Of a stretch of DNA of 64,000 nucleotides, positions 19,670 through 29,944 are shown in pieces (the stretch's first letter is position 1; every line of letters begins with the position of its first letter). Both the position numbers and the translations under genes were made by a program. The stretch comes from Candidatus Bathyarchaeota archaeon. Its GTDB lineage: Archaea > Thermoproteota > Bathyarchaeia > Bathyarchaeales > Bathycorpusculaceae. The notes beneath the pieces are model-generated. The model was not told the DNA's origin. It was given only the letters and a program-made list of their open reading frames with translations, and searched no databases. The stretch is taken from contig CAWHDT010000003.1 of assembly GCA_963828195.1 (NCBI GenBank), positions 128,001-192,000 on the forward strand, read 5' to 3'.

Positions 19670-20206
19670 ATGGTTGATGAAGAACAAGAGCAGACTGTTA
19701 ACCGCTTAGAGCAGCTTCTAGATGGTGAGCGGAAGCGTGCAGAAGACTATTTGAATAGGTTGAGTTATCTGCAGGCTGACCTGGAGAACTTTAAGAAGCG
19801 GTTTGATAGAGAAACGGAGCAGATAAAGAATTACTGCACCGAACGCTTCGTCATCCAACTGTTAGATGTAGTGGATGAATTGGAGTTAGCGGTTAAAAAC
19901 GGCGAAATCTCAACGTCGCCTGACGCTTTAATCGTAGGTGTAGAAATGACGCTTAAGAAGTTTAGAAAGATTCTTGAGCAAGAAGGTGTTACACCAATAG
20001 AGAGCCCCGAAGGCAAAGTTTTTGACCCCACCCGTCATAACGCAGTTGCCGTAGTTGAGCAAGCTGATGTAGCTGACGGCACGGTGCTTGAGGAAATAAG
20101 AAAAGGCTACATGATGAAGGGCAAAGTAATTCGTCCCACCATCGTCAAAGTAGCAGTCAAATCAAAAAACATTGAAAGTAACCAAACGGAGGAAAAAAAT
20201 AAATGA
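19670..20206 (+). CDS. grpE: Nucleotide exchange factor GrpE
   Basis: [31 protein letters not shown]. Confidence 0.96.
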   Translation: MVDEEQEQTVNRLEQLLDGERKRAEDYLNRLSYLQADLENFKKRFDRETEQIKNYCTERFVIQLLDVVDELELAVKNGEISTSPDALIVGVEMTLKKFRKILEQEGVTPIESPEGKVFDPTRHNAVAVVEQADVADGTVLEEIRKGYMMKGKVIRPTIVKVAVKSKNIESNQTEEKNK

Positions 20207-22131
20207 GTAATCAAAATCAAAAAACAAACCAGAAAGTATTGGGAATAGATTTGGGAACAACCAATTCAGCAGCCGCCATATATGAAGGCGGACACGCAAC
20301 GGTTATTCCAAGCGCGGAAGGCCCAACAATGGCGGGAAAAATGTTCCCCTCAGTAGTAGCCTTCACAAAAGACGGACAACTCTTGGTAGGCGAACCAGCG
20401 AAACGCCAAGCAGCCACCAACCCGGAAGGAACAATTTTTGAAATAAAACGCAAAATGGGCACCGACTACAAAGTCAAAGCTTACGGAAAAGAATATACTC
20501 CACAACAAATCTCGGCGTTCATACTTCAAAAAATAAAGAAAGACACTGAAACATATCTTGGCGGCTCAATTAACAAGGCAGTCATCACGGTTCCAGCGCA
20601 CTTTAACGACAACCAGCGTCAAGCCACCAAAGACGCAGGCGAAATCGCAGGGTTCCAAGTTATGCGAATAATTAACGAGCCCACTGCTGCGTGCCTCGCG
20701 TACGGCATAGATAAGGTTCAGCAGGAAATGAAGATCCTTGTGTTCAGTTTCGGCGGGGGAACGCACGACGTCACAGTGATGGATTTCGGCAAAGGAGTCT
20801 TCCAGGTTCTCAGCACCAGCGGCGACACTCAACTCGGCGGAACCGACGTGGACAAAGCAGTCATGGACTACATTTTAGGCGAGTTCAAACGGCAAACAGG
20901 GATAGATATTTCAAACGACAAAATGGCAATGCCTAGGCTTAAAGACGCAGCTGAAAAAGCCAAAATCGAGCTCTCCACGCTGATGAGCACCGACATCGAC
21001 CTGCCATTTCTAACAGCTGACGCTTCAGGACCCAAACACCTGCACCTAACATTAACCAGAACAAAACTTGAATCTTTAGCGCAACCCATCGTGCAGCGAA
21101 CACAACCCACACTGCTGAAAGCTCTCGAAGACGCAAAATTGACGCCGCAGGGAATCGACAAAATCATCCTAATCGGCGGAATGACACGTATGCCGCTTGT
21201 GCAGAGGTTTGTTGAGCAAATCCTGGGCAAAGCACCAGAACGCGGAATTGACCCGATGGAAAGCGTTGCAATAGGAGCAGCCATTCAAGCAGCCGTCGTT
21301 ACCGGCGAAGTCACAGATCTACTCTTGCTCGACGTTACACCATTATCGTTGGGTGTCGAAACCATGGGCGGCGTATTAACCAAAGTAATGGATAAAAACA
21401 CAACCATCCCCACCAAGAGAAGTCAAATCTTCACAACAGCAGCAGACTTCCAGACCGCAGTTACAATTCACGTGCTTCAAGGCGAACGTGCAATGGCGGG
21501 AGACAATGTTTCACTAGGCATGTTTAACCTTGTCGATTTGCCGCCAGCGCCCAGAGGCATCCCCCAGATAGAAGTAACCTTCGACATCGACGCCAACGGC
21601 ATAATGAACGTCACCGCGAAAGACTTGGGCACAGGAAAACAATCAAAAATAACCATAACAGCAGCTACTAAGCTGTCAAAGGACGAAAAAGAACGTTTAA
21701 TCAAAGATGCCGAACAATATGCGGAGCAAGACAAGAAGAAACGTGAAGAAGCTGAAGTGCGCAACAACGCTGATAGCCTAGTATACACTGCGGAACGAAC
21801 AAAAACTGATCTTGCAGGCAAAATCAGCCAGGAAGAAGTAGGCAAAATCGATGCGGCAGTCACAGAGCTCAAAAATGCCTTGGCAACCAACGACATGGCG
21901 CAGGTCAAAGCAAAATCCGACGCGCTCCAGAAGGTACTGCAAGAAGTCGGAACAAAAGTTTACCAGCAAGCAGCATCAGAATACGCAAAACAGCAGGGAC
22001 AGCAGCCAGGGCAAGGACCTCAGGCAGGACCAGGCCCACAGGAACCTCCAAGCGGCGGTCCTGAAAGTCCAGAACCCGAACCCTCAGGCGAGGAACGAGT
22101 GGTCGATTCAGAAGACTACAAAGTAAAATAG
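20203..22131 (+). CDS. dnaK: Hsp70 chaperone DnaK
   Basis: [35 protein letters not shown]. Confidence 0.98.
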   Translation: MSNQNQKTNQKVLGIDLGTTNSAAAIYEGGHATVIPSAEGPTMAGKMFPSVVAFTKDGQLLVGEPAKRQAATNPEGTIFEIKRKMGTDYKVKAYGKEYTPQQISAFILQKIKKDTETYLGGSINKAVITVPAHFNDNQRQATKDAGEIAGFQVMRIINEPTAACLAYGIDKVQQEMKILVFSFGGGTHDVTVMDFGKGVFQVLSTSGDTQLGGTDVDKAVMDYILGEFKRQTGIDISNDKMAMPRLKDAAEKAKIELSTLMSTDIDLPFLTADASGPKHLHLTLTRTKLESLAQPIVQRTQPTLLKALEDAKLTPQGIDKIILIGGMTRMPLVQRFVEQILGKAPERGIDPMESVAIGAAIQAAVVTGEVTDLLLLDVTPLSLGVETMGGVLTKVMDKNTTIPTKRSQIFTTAADFQTAVTIHVLQGERAMAGDNVSLGMFNLVDLPPAPRGIPQIEVTFDIDANGIMNVTAKDLGTGKQSKITITAATKLSKDEKERLIKDAEQYAEQDKKKREEAEVRNNADSLVYTAERTKTDLAGKISQEEVGKIDAAVTELKNALATNDMAQVKAKSDALQKVLQEVGTKVYQQAASEYAKQQGQQPGQGPQAGPGPQEPPSGGPESPEPEPSGEERVVDSEDYKVK

Positions 22132-22222
22132 AACCCACAGGCATAACCTCATTTTTTCTTTTGTTTTTGATGTTTGCATTCCATAGGCACTTTTCTAACT
22201 AAAAGATGCTAAAAAATAAAAA

Positions 22223-22372
22223 TTACCCTATCTTCTTTTTAGGTGTAAACTTTTTAATCGTTGGCTCTTTATTTTCTGAAATTAAAGCGTCTGGAGATTT
22301 AGCTTTTCTCAATAAATAAGCAGCGTATTGATCTGGTGTAAAGTCTTTTCTAAACTTGTGTTCTTTACCCAA
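22223..22372 (-). CDS. Small basic hypothetical protein (49 aa), not in ORF track
   Basis: TTG start preceded by GGTGA; MGKEHKFRKDFTPDQYAAYLLRKAKSPDALISENKEPTIKKFTPKKKIG. Confidence 0.4.
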   Translation of the reverse strand: MGKEHKFRKDFTPDQYAAYLLRKAKSPDALISENKEPTIKKFTPKKKIG

Positions 22373-22405
22373 AGTTTTTTCACCGATTATTGATCACATA
22401 AATTA

Positions 22406-22732
22406 TCAAGAAGGCAGAGGGGCGTTCTGAGAGGGGTTCTGTTTTGCTTCGTTTGTCCTTTGGAGTCCGATAATGAAATATAAGTTTACCATTATTGCAA
22501 GTAAAAATAGTGCCAAAGTAAAATTAAAAGTGAGTGCTGTACCAGAAGCACCGCCCTCAGCTAATTCTCCAATCCCCCATGGAAACATGGCGCTTATTTT
22601 TACGGGCACATTGTTAAACGTGAACGTATTTAGACTTAAGAATTCACCCCATTCGACAAGTACGTACAGAACAACAAATACAACATTGACCAAAAAGATA
22701 TGTTTCAATTGATTATTCATATCAGTCAACAT
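22406..22732 (-). CDS. Small two-TM hypothetical membrane protein
   Basis: Two hydrophobic helices. Confidence 0.6.
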   Translation of the reverse strand: MLTDMNNQLKHIFLVNVVFVVLYVLVEWGEFLSLNTFTFNNVPVKISAMFPWGIGELAEGGASGTALTFNFTLALFLLAIMVNLYFIIGLQRTNEAKQNPSQNAPLPS

Positions 22733-22848
22733 CTTATTTGTTTTGACCTTGCTTAAAAGATTTCATTCGTTAAGATATGTTATTTTCAGTAGTGAATCAA
22801 TCGAAAGCATAATTAAGTTTTAAAGTATCCATCTGCATTAAAGTAGTC

Positions 22849-23028
22849 ATGTTGCTTTCGCTTTCCTTTGCTCAAAAGGTGTGCTTAATCGGGTTTGCTC
22901 TGATTTTCGGTACTTGGGGAATTGCTCTTGTGGCTAAAACTACAAGTATTCCGTTGACTGTGCTTTTTTTTGTCGGCATGCTTTGCGTTACCTATAGCCT
23001 ATGTGAAAACGTAAACATTCCGAAGTAA
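22849..23028 (+). CDS. Small two-TM membrane protein (59 aa), not in ORF track
   Basis: MLLSLSFAQKVCLIGFALIFGTWGIALVAKTTSIPLTVLFFVGMLCVTYSLCENVNIPK; TTTTAAA about 25 nt upstream. Confidence 0.45.
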   Translation: MLLSLSFAQKVCLIGFALIFGTWGIALVAKTTSIPLTVLFFVGMLCVTYSLCENVNIPK

Positions 23029-23227
23029 GGGTTCAGACTCAGCGAATTAACTGGCATAGAGGCACAAGGCATAAGCGCGGGTTTTTCAATTTGTCCTAGC
23101 CAATCAGTCAGCGGGTCACTTTACCTTAGCTTTTGCGGAAAACAAAATTAACAAGGGAAATGGTATAAATTACAGTCTGGTTCTTACTAAAAAGTCAAGT
23201 AAAAAGTTAATCCAAGGTTAAGTGCTG

Positions 23228-24331
23228 ATGACTGAAAAACGGGATTACTATGAAGTTCTCGGCGTTCAACGCAACGCATCAAAGGACGAAATCAAAGACG
23301 CCTACAGAAAACTAGCTATGCAGTTTCATCCAGACCGCAACAAAGATCCAGGCGCGGAGGAAAGATTCAAAGAAATCAGCGAAGCCTACGCCGTTCTCAG
23401 CGACGACCAAAAAAGACAAACATACGATCAGTTGGGTCATTCAGGCTTTGATCAGCGATACCGTCAGGAAGACATTTTCAGGGGAGCCGACTTCGACTCG
23501 GTTTTTAGAGACATGGGTTTCGGCGACATTTTCCGAACTTTCTTCGGCGGAGGATTCGGAGGCGAAAGAGGCAGCATAGGGCAAGACTTAGCTATTGATC
23601 TTGAAATCACGCTGGAAGAAGCCGCCCGAGGAGTCGAAAAAGAAATTGAAATTCCACGAACCGAAAAATGCGACGTATGCGAGGGCTCAGGCGCAGCGCC
23701 GGGTACTTCCGCCAAAATCTGTCCAAGATGCGGCGGCTCCGGGCAAGTGCAAAACATGCGTAAAAGCGGATTCGGAATGTACGTGCAGGTGACGGCTTGC
23801 CCAACATGTAAAGGAAAAGGCAAATTGATTGAAACGCCCTGCCCTAACTGTCACGGCTCAGGAAGAGTTAGAAAACGCCGTAAAATCACCGTTAAAGTGC
23901 CCATGGGCATAGATGAAGGCAACCAGCTTAGGCTCAGGGGCGAAGGAGAAATGGCTCAGAACGACGGCGAACCAGGAGATCTTTATGTCGTGGTTCACGT
24001 TAAGCCGCACCCGCAATTTCTACGGGAAGGAGATAACCTGTGGCATGTAGCCATGATTACTTATCCGCAAGCTGCGTTAGGCGCAGAAATTGCTGTTCCC
24101 ACCCTTGAGGGACCGACAACGGTGAAGATTCATCCGGGAACGCAGGTGGGCGAAGTTTTAACTTTAAAGGGAAAAGGTATGCCTCGGTTCAGAGCTTACG
24201 GCAGAGGCGACTTAATAGTGCGCGTAGGAATCTCGGTTCCAGAAAAACTTACAGGTCAGCAAAGAGCACTTCTTGAACAGTTAGCGAAAGAATTCGACAG
24301 CGAAGTGACGAAACACAAATTCCACTTTTAG
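23228..24331 (+). CDS. dnaJ: Chaperone DnaJ
   Basis: J-domain DYYEVLG..HPD, G/F region, four CxxCxGxG repeats. Confidence 0.98.
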   Translation: MTEKRDYYEVLGVQRNASKDEIKDAYRKLAMQFHPDRNKDPGAEERFKEISEAYAVLSDDQKRQTYDQLGHSGFDQRYRQEDIFRGADFDSVFRDMGFGDIFRTFFGGGFGGERGSIGQDLAIDLEITLEEAARGVEKEIEIPRTEKCDVCEGSGAAPGTSAKICPRCGGSGQVQNMRKSGFGMYVQVTACPTCKGKGKLIETPCPNCHGSGRVRKRRKITVKVPMGIDEGNQLRLRGEGEMAQNDGEPGDLYVVVHVKPHPQFLREGDNLWHVAMITYPQAALGAEIAVPTLEGPTTVKIHPGTQVGEVLTLKGKGMPRFRAYGRGDLIVRVGISVPEKLTGQQRALLEQLAKEFDSEVTKHKFHF

Positions 24332-24400
24332 CAATTAACTTATGAAGATTATTTTTTTCTTGATGGAAAAAAGGTTTTGAAAAAGAAAGAAAAGAATTGT

Positions 24401-26359
24401 TTATTTGGTTACCTGTTTGCGTAGCTCGTTGTATGTTGCTTTTATGTCCTCGATTGAGCCTTCGTCTTCAATTGTCGATGTGTCGCCCAGCGGTGCTCCT
24501 GTAAGTACGGCTTTAAGTAGTCTGCGCATGATTTTGCCGCTTCGTGTCTTCGGCAGCTTGTTTACTATGATGATGGCGTCTGGTGTAGCTATTGGACCGA
24601 TTGTTGTTCGGATCTGTTTTATGAGGTCTGCACGAAGCTCGTCTGATGGGGTGAATCCGCCTCTGAGAACAACGAATGCTACTGGAACTTCGCCTTTCAC
24701 TGCGTCCTCCTTACCCATCACTGCTGCCTCAGAAACTGCTGGATGTGCAACTAACGCGCTTTCAAGCTCTACTGTTCCGATGCGGTGCCCAGCAACTTTT
24801 AGAACTTCGTCTGCTCTGCCAAGAAGCCAATAGTAGCCCTCTGGGTCTCGGACTGCGTAGTCGCCTGAGTAGTATATTCCTGGCCACCTGCCAAAGTATG
24901 TTTGTTTGAAGCGGTCAGCATCTTTCCAAATTGTCTGCAGCATTCCAGGCCACGGCGATTTGATTACGAGAACACCTTTAGTGCCTGCCTGTACTGGCTG
25001 TCCCTTCTCGTCGAAGATGTCAGTGTTGACTGCGGGCATCGGAAAAGTTGCGCTGCCAGGTTTCAAGGGTGTAAGTTCTATTCCTGCGGTGGGGGAAATC
25101 ATGAATCCGCCAGTTTCTGTTTGCCACCAAGTGTCAATTATCGGGAGTTTTTCTTTGCCGATTACGCGGTAGTACCATTTCCACGCTTCTGGGTTTATGG
25201 GTTCACCTACTGACCCCAGAATGCGCAGGGTGCTTAAGTCATGTTTTGTTACGCATTGTTCGCCGAATTTCATGAACATTCTAACGGCGGTTGGTGTGCC
25301 GTAGAGGATGGTTACGCCGTGTCTTTCAATCATGTCCCACCAGCGGTCTTGTCCAGGGTAATCAGGTGTGCCTTCGAAGAGGAACGCGGTAAGGCCCAGG
25401 CTTAATGGTGCATAAACGTTGTATGTGTGCCCCGTAATCCAGCCGATGTCTGCAACACACCAGTAAATGTCCTCGTCTGTTGGGTTGAAAGCCCACTTAA
25501 GCGTCCAATAAGCCCAAACAAGGTATCCGCCTATCCCATGTTGAACGCCTTTGGGTTTGCCCGTTGTTCCTGAAGTGTAGAGGATGAATAATGGGTCAGT
25601 TGATTTCATGCTTTCGGGTTCAACGTAGGCGTCTGCGCCCGCATTTGCAAGTGCATCATGGTACCAAACGTCTCTGCCTTCCTTCATCGTTACAGGTTGA
25701 CCAGTCCGCTTAACAACAATGACTTTTTCGATGCAAGGCATGTTTGGCAATCCTTTGTCTGCGTTGTCTTTGATGCCGATTGGTTTTCCTCTTCGGAAGG
25801 AACCGTCCGCTGTAACTAAGACTTTTGCGCCGCTGTCGTTAACTCTGTCAGCTAATGCTTCAGCACTGAACCCAGAGAATACAACTGTGTGGACTCCGCC
25901 GATTCTTGCCGTCGCAAGCAAAGTTATGGGCAGCTCAGGAATAACAGGCAGGAAAACTGCGACGCGGTCGCCTTTTTTGATGCCGAATTCCTTTAGTGCT
26001 TTTGCAAGTTTGTTTACTTCGCGGTAAAGTTGATAGTAACTGTAAGTTTTTACTTCGCCCATTTCGCCTTCCCAAATGTAGGCAAGCTTGTTTTTACGGT
26101 TGCCTTTAATATGCCTATCAAGGGCGTTGTAGGAGATGTTTAGTTCGCCGTCGGGGAACCATTTGTAAAACGGCGGGTTAGAATCATCAAGAACCTTGCT
26201 AAAAGGCTTAAACCAGTCGATGGCTTTTGCTTTTTCCTCCCAATATTCGTCCGGGTTCTTTATTGATTTCTCCCATTCTTTCTTGCGTTTTTCTCCACTG
26301 GAAAATTTTGCTCCGCTTGGACAAAACTTTTCATCAAAGGGTAAACTTGATTCTGACAT
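24401..26359 (-). CDS. acs: Acetyl-CoA synthetase (AMP-forming)
   Basis: YTSGTTGKPKG, DTWWQTETG, LPKTRSGKIMRR; start could be slightly upstream (26368). Confidence 0.96.
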   Translation of the reverse strand: MSESSLPFDEKFCPSGAKFSSGEKRKKEWEKSIKNPDEYWEEKAKAIDWFKPFSKVLDDSNPPFYKWFPDGELNISYNALDRHIKGNRKNKLAYIWEGEMGEVKTYSYYQLYREVNKLAKALKEFGIKKGDRVAVFLPVIPELPITLLATARIGGVHTVVFSGFSAEALADRVNDSGAKVLVTADGSFRRGKPIGIKDNADKGLPNMPCIEKVIVVKRTGQPVTMKEGRDVWYHDALANAGADAYVEPESMKSTDPLFILYTSGTTGKPKGVQHGIGGYLVWAYWTLKWAFNPTDEDIYWCVADIGWITGHTYNVYAPLSLGLTAFLFEGTPDYPGQDRWWDMIERHGVTILYGTPTAVRMFMKFGEQCVTKHDLSTLRILGSVGEPINPEAWKWYYRVIGKEKLPIIDTWWQTETGGFMISPTAGIELTPLKPGSATFPMPAVNTDIFDEKGQPVQAGTKGVLVIKSPWPGMLQTIWKDADRFKQTYFGRWPGIYYSGDYAVRDPEGYYWLLGRADEVLKVAGHRIGTVELESALVAHPAVSEAAVMGKEDAVKGEVPVAFVVLRGGFTPSDELRADLIKQIRTTIGPIATPDAIIIVNKLPKTRSGKIMRRLLKAVLTGAPLGDTSTIEDEGSIEDIKATYNELRKQVTK

Positions 26360-26454
26360 TTTGCTCAACCTAATTTGCTGAGAATGATAAACTCTGAGAA
26401 TATAAGTTTTTAGTATCTAATTTATTTAGAAAAATAAAAAGAGAGTTAGTTGTT

Positions 26455-27030
26455 TTAGCTGGTAGGGTAAATTGGCAAGACAGTTTTTTGGTTTGCTTCA
26501 TTTAAGACTTCAGCTAATCCAAGATACACCGCACTTAAGCCGCAGATGACACCTTCGACGCCCGTGATTTTTGTGAAAGTTGCGCCTCCACCGTATTGTC
26601 CAATTGCCAGCATAAAGAACAGTATAGTTAAGCTTCCGAAAACGAACTGCAAAGCGCGATTAGCTTTTAACGTGCCAAAGAACATGCCGAAAGTAAAGAT
26701 TCCCCACATTATGAAATAAGCTGCCAAAGAAGCCGCGTTGGGACCGCTGAAGCCCGTAAATTTAGGTAAAACCAAAAGCATCACGAAACTCCACCAGAAT
26801 AAACCATAAGACATGAAAGCCACAGTGCCAAAAGTGTTGCCTTTTCTGAACTCCATTGCACCAACAATTATCTGTGCTATTCCCCCGTAAGCCAAGCCCA
26901 TTGCTAAAATCACTGAATTCAGCGGATAAGCGCCTGCGTTAGCCAAGTTAAGAAGAACAGTTGTTACGCCAAAACCAAGTAGTCCTAAAGGTGCGGGATT
27001 CGCCAATTTTGATATCAGATTGTTACTCAT
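26455..27030 (-). CDS. satP: Acetate uptake transporter (GPR1/FUN34/YaaH, SatP family)
   Basis: LANPAPLGL signature, GNTFG, 6 TM; ATG at 27030 fits the family N-terminus. Confidence 0.93.
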   Translation of the reverse strand: MSNNLISKLANPAPLGLLGFGVTTVLLNLANAGAYPLNSVILAMGLAYGGIAQIIVGAMEFRKGNTFGTVAFMSYGLFWWSFVMLLVLPKFTGFSGPNAASLAAYFIMWGIFTFGMFFGTLKANRALQFVFGSLTILFFMLAIGQYGGGATFTKITGVEGVICGLSAVYLGLAEVLNEANQKTVLPIYPTS

Positions 27031-27348
27031 TTTCCGTATTTCCTCAAGTTGCTGTATTACCCCTTGAATGCAATGATTGCATTTTAAAGCTTTTCGGGTG
27101 ACCACACTGATTGTTTTTCCCGATGCCGTGTACTTAAATTCTGAGATGATAAAATTCAAGCGTTAAATTTTTCTAACTATAGGAAAGGCAATCTTTTGAT
27201 AAAGGCTCCACTTCGCCTTTTTTTAAAGCCCTTAGTTTAGCTTTGAAGTATTTTGGGTATGCATATTTTTTATAGACGGGTTAGCCGCAAAGTTTATTGA
27301 CTTTATAATTATACTAGAATTTGGTATTTTAAAGGCGACGTGATTTTT

Positions 27349-28053
27349 ATGAAGTGGGAAACAAAAATCGAAGAAATTATACCTAGAACTGCTGATGTGA
27401 CCAGTTTCAGATTTGCCCGACCGTCAGAATTAGCTTACAAGCCGGGGCAATACTTTTTTGTAGCATTAAAACAAGGCGACAAAGAATTAACTCACCATTT
27501 CAGCTTCAGCAGCAGCCCAACAGAAACAGACCACTTTGAATTCACTAAAAAACTAACTGACAGTGAATACTCAAAGACGCTAAAAACCGCCAAAGCAGGC
27601 GACTGGGCAAGAATAGACGCGCCTTATGGGCAATTCACCTTTGAAGGAGAATACCCCAAAATCGCGTTACTTGCAGGAGGAATCGGAGTCACCCCGTTTG
27701 TGAGCATATGCAAAAACGCCACAGACAAACACTTGAACACGAAAATCACGCTCTTCTATGGCTGCCGCACAGAAAATGACATAGCATTCAAACAGGAATT
27801 CGAGAAGATGCAAGAAGAAAACAAAAATCTAAAAATTGTTTTCACCGTCAACGAAGCATCCCCTCAGTGGAAAGGCGCAGTCGGCTTAATCACTGCGGAC
27901 ATGATACAAAAAGAACTGCCTGACTACAAAGAAAACATGTTTTACCTTTGCGGACCGCCGCCGATGGTCACAGCGATGGAAAAACTTATAGTAAGCATCG
28001 GCTTACAAAAAGAAAAATTAAAACTGGAGTATTTCACAGGTTACCCACAATAA
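27349..28053 (+). CDS. FAD/NAD(P)H ferredoxin-reductase-type oxidoreductase
   Basis: YKPGQY, FSFSS, DAPYGQF, AGGIGVTP, YLCGPPPM, terminal EYF. Confidence 0.9.
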   Translation: MKWETKIEEIIPRTADVTSFRFARPSELAYKPGQYFFVALKQGDKELTHHFSFSSSPTETDHFEFTKKLTDSEYSKTLKTAKAGDWARIDAPYGQFTFEGEYPKIALLAGGIGVTPFVSICKNATDKHLNTKITLFYGCRTENDIAFKQEFEKMQEENKNLKIVFTVNEASPQWKGAVGLITADMIQKELPDYKENMFYLCGPPPMVTAMEKLIVSIGLQKEKLKLEYFTGYPQ

Positions 28054-28204
28054 ACCAAATTTTTTTGCTACCTTTAGGAAAAAAGAATTCTTCTTCCAAA
28101 GGTACTTGAGTTTTTTACGAATAGACTATTTTAAATTATTTTCTTGTCGATACTTTGTTTCTGACGCAAACAAGTTTTTAAAATAGCAGCGGGTTGATGC
28201 TAAC

Positions 28205-28492
28205 ATGGATAAACTCAAGATTGTTGTCTTGATTATCGTAGTGGCGATATTTTTTGAAATATTTTACATATATGAAACAAATACGATATACATGCAGACG
28301 AACCCTTCAATACAAGAAATTAGCCACAACGCTAAAACCTACACTATGGTTTGGGACGCCGGTAACTCGACGGTGACAATAGTTAGCCCAGAGGGAAATA
28401 CAACACTTAATGTGGTAAGCGGGCAAGAATTTGTCTGTAACGGCTCGTCAACCTTGTATCAGGGCAAAACCATAATTTTTCGCACGCCCTAA
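28205..28492 (+). CDS. Small membrane-anchored hypothetical protein
   Basis: N-terminal TM followed by beta-rich segment. Confidence 0.6.
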   Translation: MDKLKIVVLIIVVAIFFEIFYIYETNTIYMQTNPSIQEISHNAKTYTMVWDAGNSTVTIVSPEGNTTLNVVSGQEFVCNGSSTLYQGKTIIFRTP

Positions 28493-28525
28493 TTGCTCAA
28501 CATGTTTTCTTAAGAAAGGGATGTT

Positions 28526-29809
28526 TTATGGGTAGAACCTGCGCGTTGTCCTTGGGAACGGGATTGCATCAATGATGTTGTCTAGGTCCAGCATCCACGT
28601 TAACAATCGCTCAAGCCCCATTCCGAAGCCGACATGGGGAACTGTCCCGTAGCGTCGCAGGTCAAGGTACCACTCGTAGTCTTCAGGTTTCAAGCCTTGC
28701 GCCTTCATGCGTTGGATAAGTATATCTTTGTTTTCTTCTCTTGCTCCGCCTGTGCTGATTTCGCCGATTCTGGGCACCATCATGTCAACTGACATCGCCA
28801 CTTCGGGGTGGTCTTGGTAGGTTTTGCAGTAAAACGCCTTAATCTCTGTGGGGTAATCGTAAACGAAGAATGGCTTGCCGAAGTCTTCAGCTAAAACCTT
28901 CTCGTCCTCATAACCCAAGTCAGCGCCCCAGCTCAAAGCAGGATTTTTCACTTTAAGCCTGTCGATGGCTTCCGCGTAGGTTATGCGTGGAAAGGGGGTC
29001 TGCACTGTTTTGAGTTTGTTTATGTCGGCGCTCAGTTCTGTGAATTCTTTTTGGCAGGTGTCGCCGATGGTTTTGCAGATATGCGTCATCATGCCTTCTT
29101 CAAACTTCATCAAATCATTCATGTCGGCAAACGGCCATTCAGCTTCCATGTGCCAGTACTCGGTTAAATGCCGAATTGTCCTGCTTTTTTCAGCGCGGAA
29201 CGAAGGCGCGATGCAGTAGACGTTTTCTAAAGAGAAGATTAGTATTTCGAGGTAAAGCTGGCTGCTCTGGGTTAAGTATAGGTCTTGGTCGAAATATTTT
29301 AAGCCGAAAAGTGTGGAGCCGCCTTCCACTGCCGCGGATATAAACATGGGCGGCGAAACTTCGGTGTAATCTTGGCTTTTGAAGTATTTCCGTGCTGCCT
29401 CTAATGTGTCAGCGCGAACCTTCATCATCAAATTCATTTTTCGGCTACGCAGCCACAGATGCCGCATGTCACGGATGAACTCTTCACTTTTATCTTTGGC
29501 AATGGGGAAGGTTTCTGCTAAACCGATTATTGTGATGTTTTCCGCAGCGATTTCGTATCCGCCGGGGGCACGTTTGTCTTCTTTGGCAACGCCTTCAAGC
29601 GTCAAGCTGGATTCAATTGTTAAGAGCTGCGCTTCCGTCCATGCTGGACTGGCTTTTTTAACGGTGCACTGGATTACTCCTGTGGAATCGCGCAGAACCA
29701 GAAAAATCAGTTCTTTTCCTTCACGTTTACGGTAAACCCAACCGCGAACCGTGACTTTTTGGTCTGGACAGCAGCCTTCAAGTATTTTGCCTATTTTAGC
29801 TAAAGCCAT
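28526..29809 (-). CDS. asnS: Asparaginyl-tRNA synthetase
   Basis: OB fold VRGWV, YLTQSSQLYLE, FRAEKSRTIRHLTEYW, GFGMGLER. Confidence 0.93.
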   Translation of the reverse strand: MALAKIGKILEGCCPDQKVTVRGWVYRKREGKELIFLVLRDSTGVIQCTVKKASPAWTEAQLLTIESSLTLEGVAKEDKRAPGGYEIAAENITIIGLAETFPIAKDKSEEFIRDMRHLWLRSRKMNLMMKVRADTLEAARKYFKSQDYTEVSPPMFISAAVEGGSTLFGLKYFDQDLYLTQSSQLYLEILIFSLENVYCIAPSFRAEKSRTIRHLTEYWHMEAEWPFADMNDLMKFEEGMMTHICKTIGDTCQKEFTELSADINKLKTVQTPFPRITYAEAIDRLKVKNPALSWGADLGYEDEKVLAEDFGKPFFVYDYPTEIKAFYCKTYQDHPEVAMSVDMMVPRIGEISTGGAREENKDILIQRMKAQGLKPEDYEWYLDLRRYGTVPHVGFGMGLERLLTWMLDLDNIIDAIPFPRTTRRFYP

Positions 29810-29944
29810 AGAGCATCAACCGTTTGCATTAATACTTAATTTCAAACCTAAATGCCTATCGATTTAGACTTTTAACTTTTAGATACATTAAACCGAAATT
29901 CTTTCCATAAAAAGGGGAATCGCTGGCGACATTTCCAGTTACGT

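Noticed and set aside
27031-27159. Extended N-termini in the track (satP, also 31376-31441, 36021-36095, 45713-45754)
   Set aside because: Downstream starts fit family N-termini, signal peptides or RBS position better
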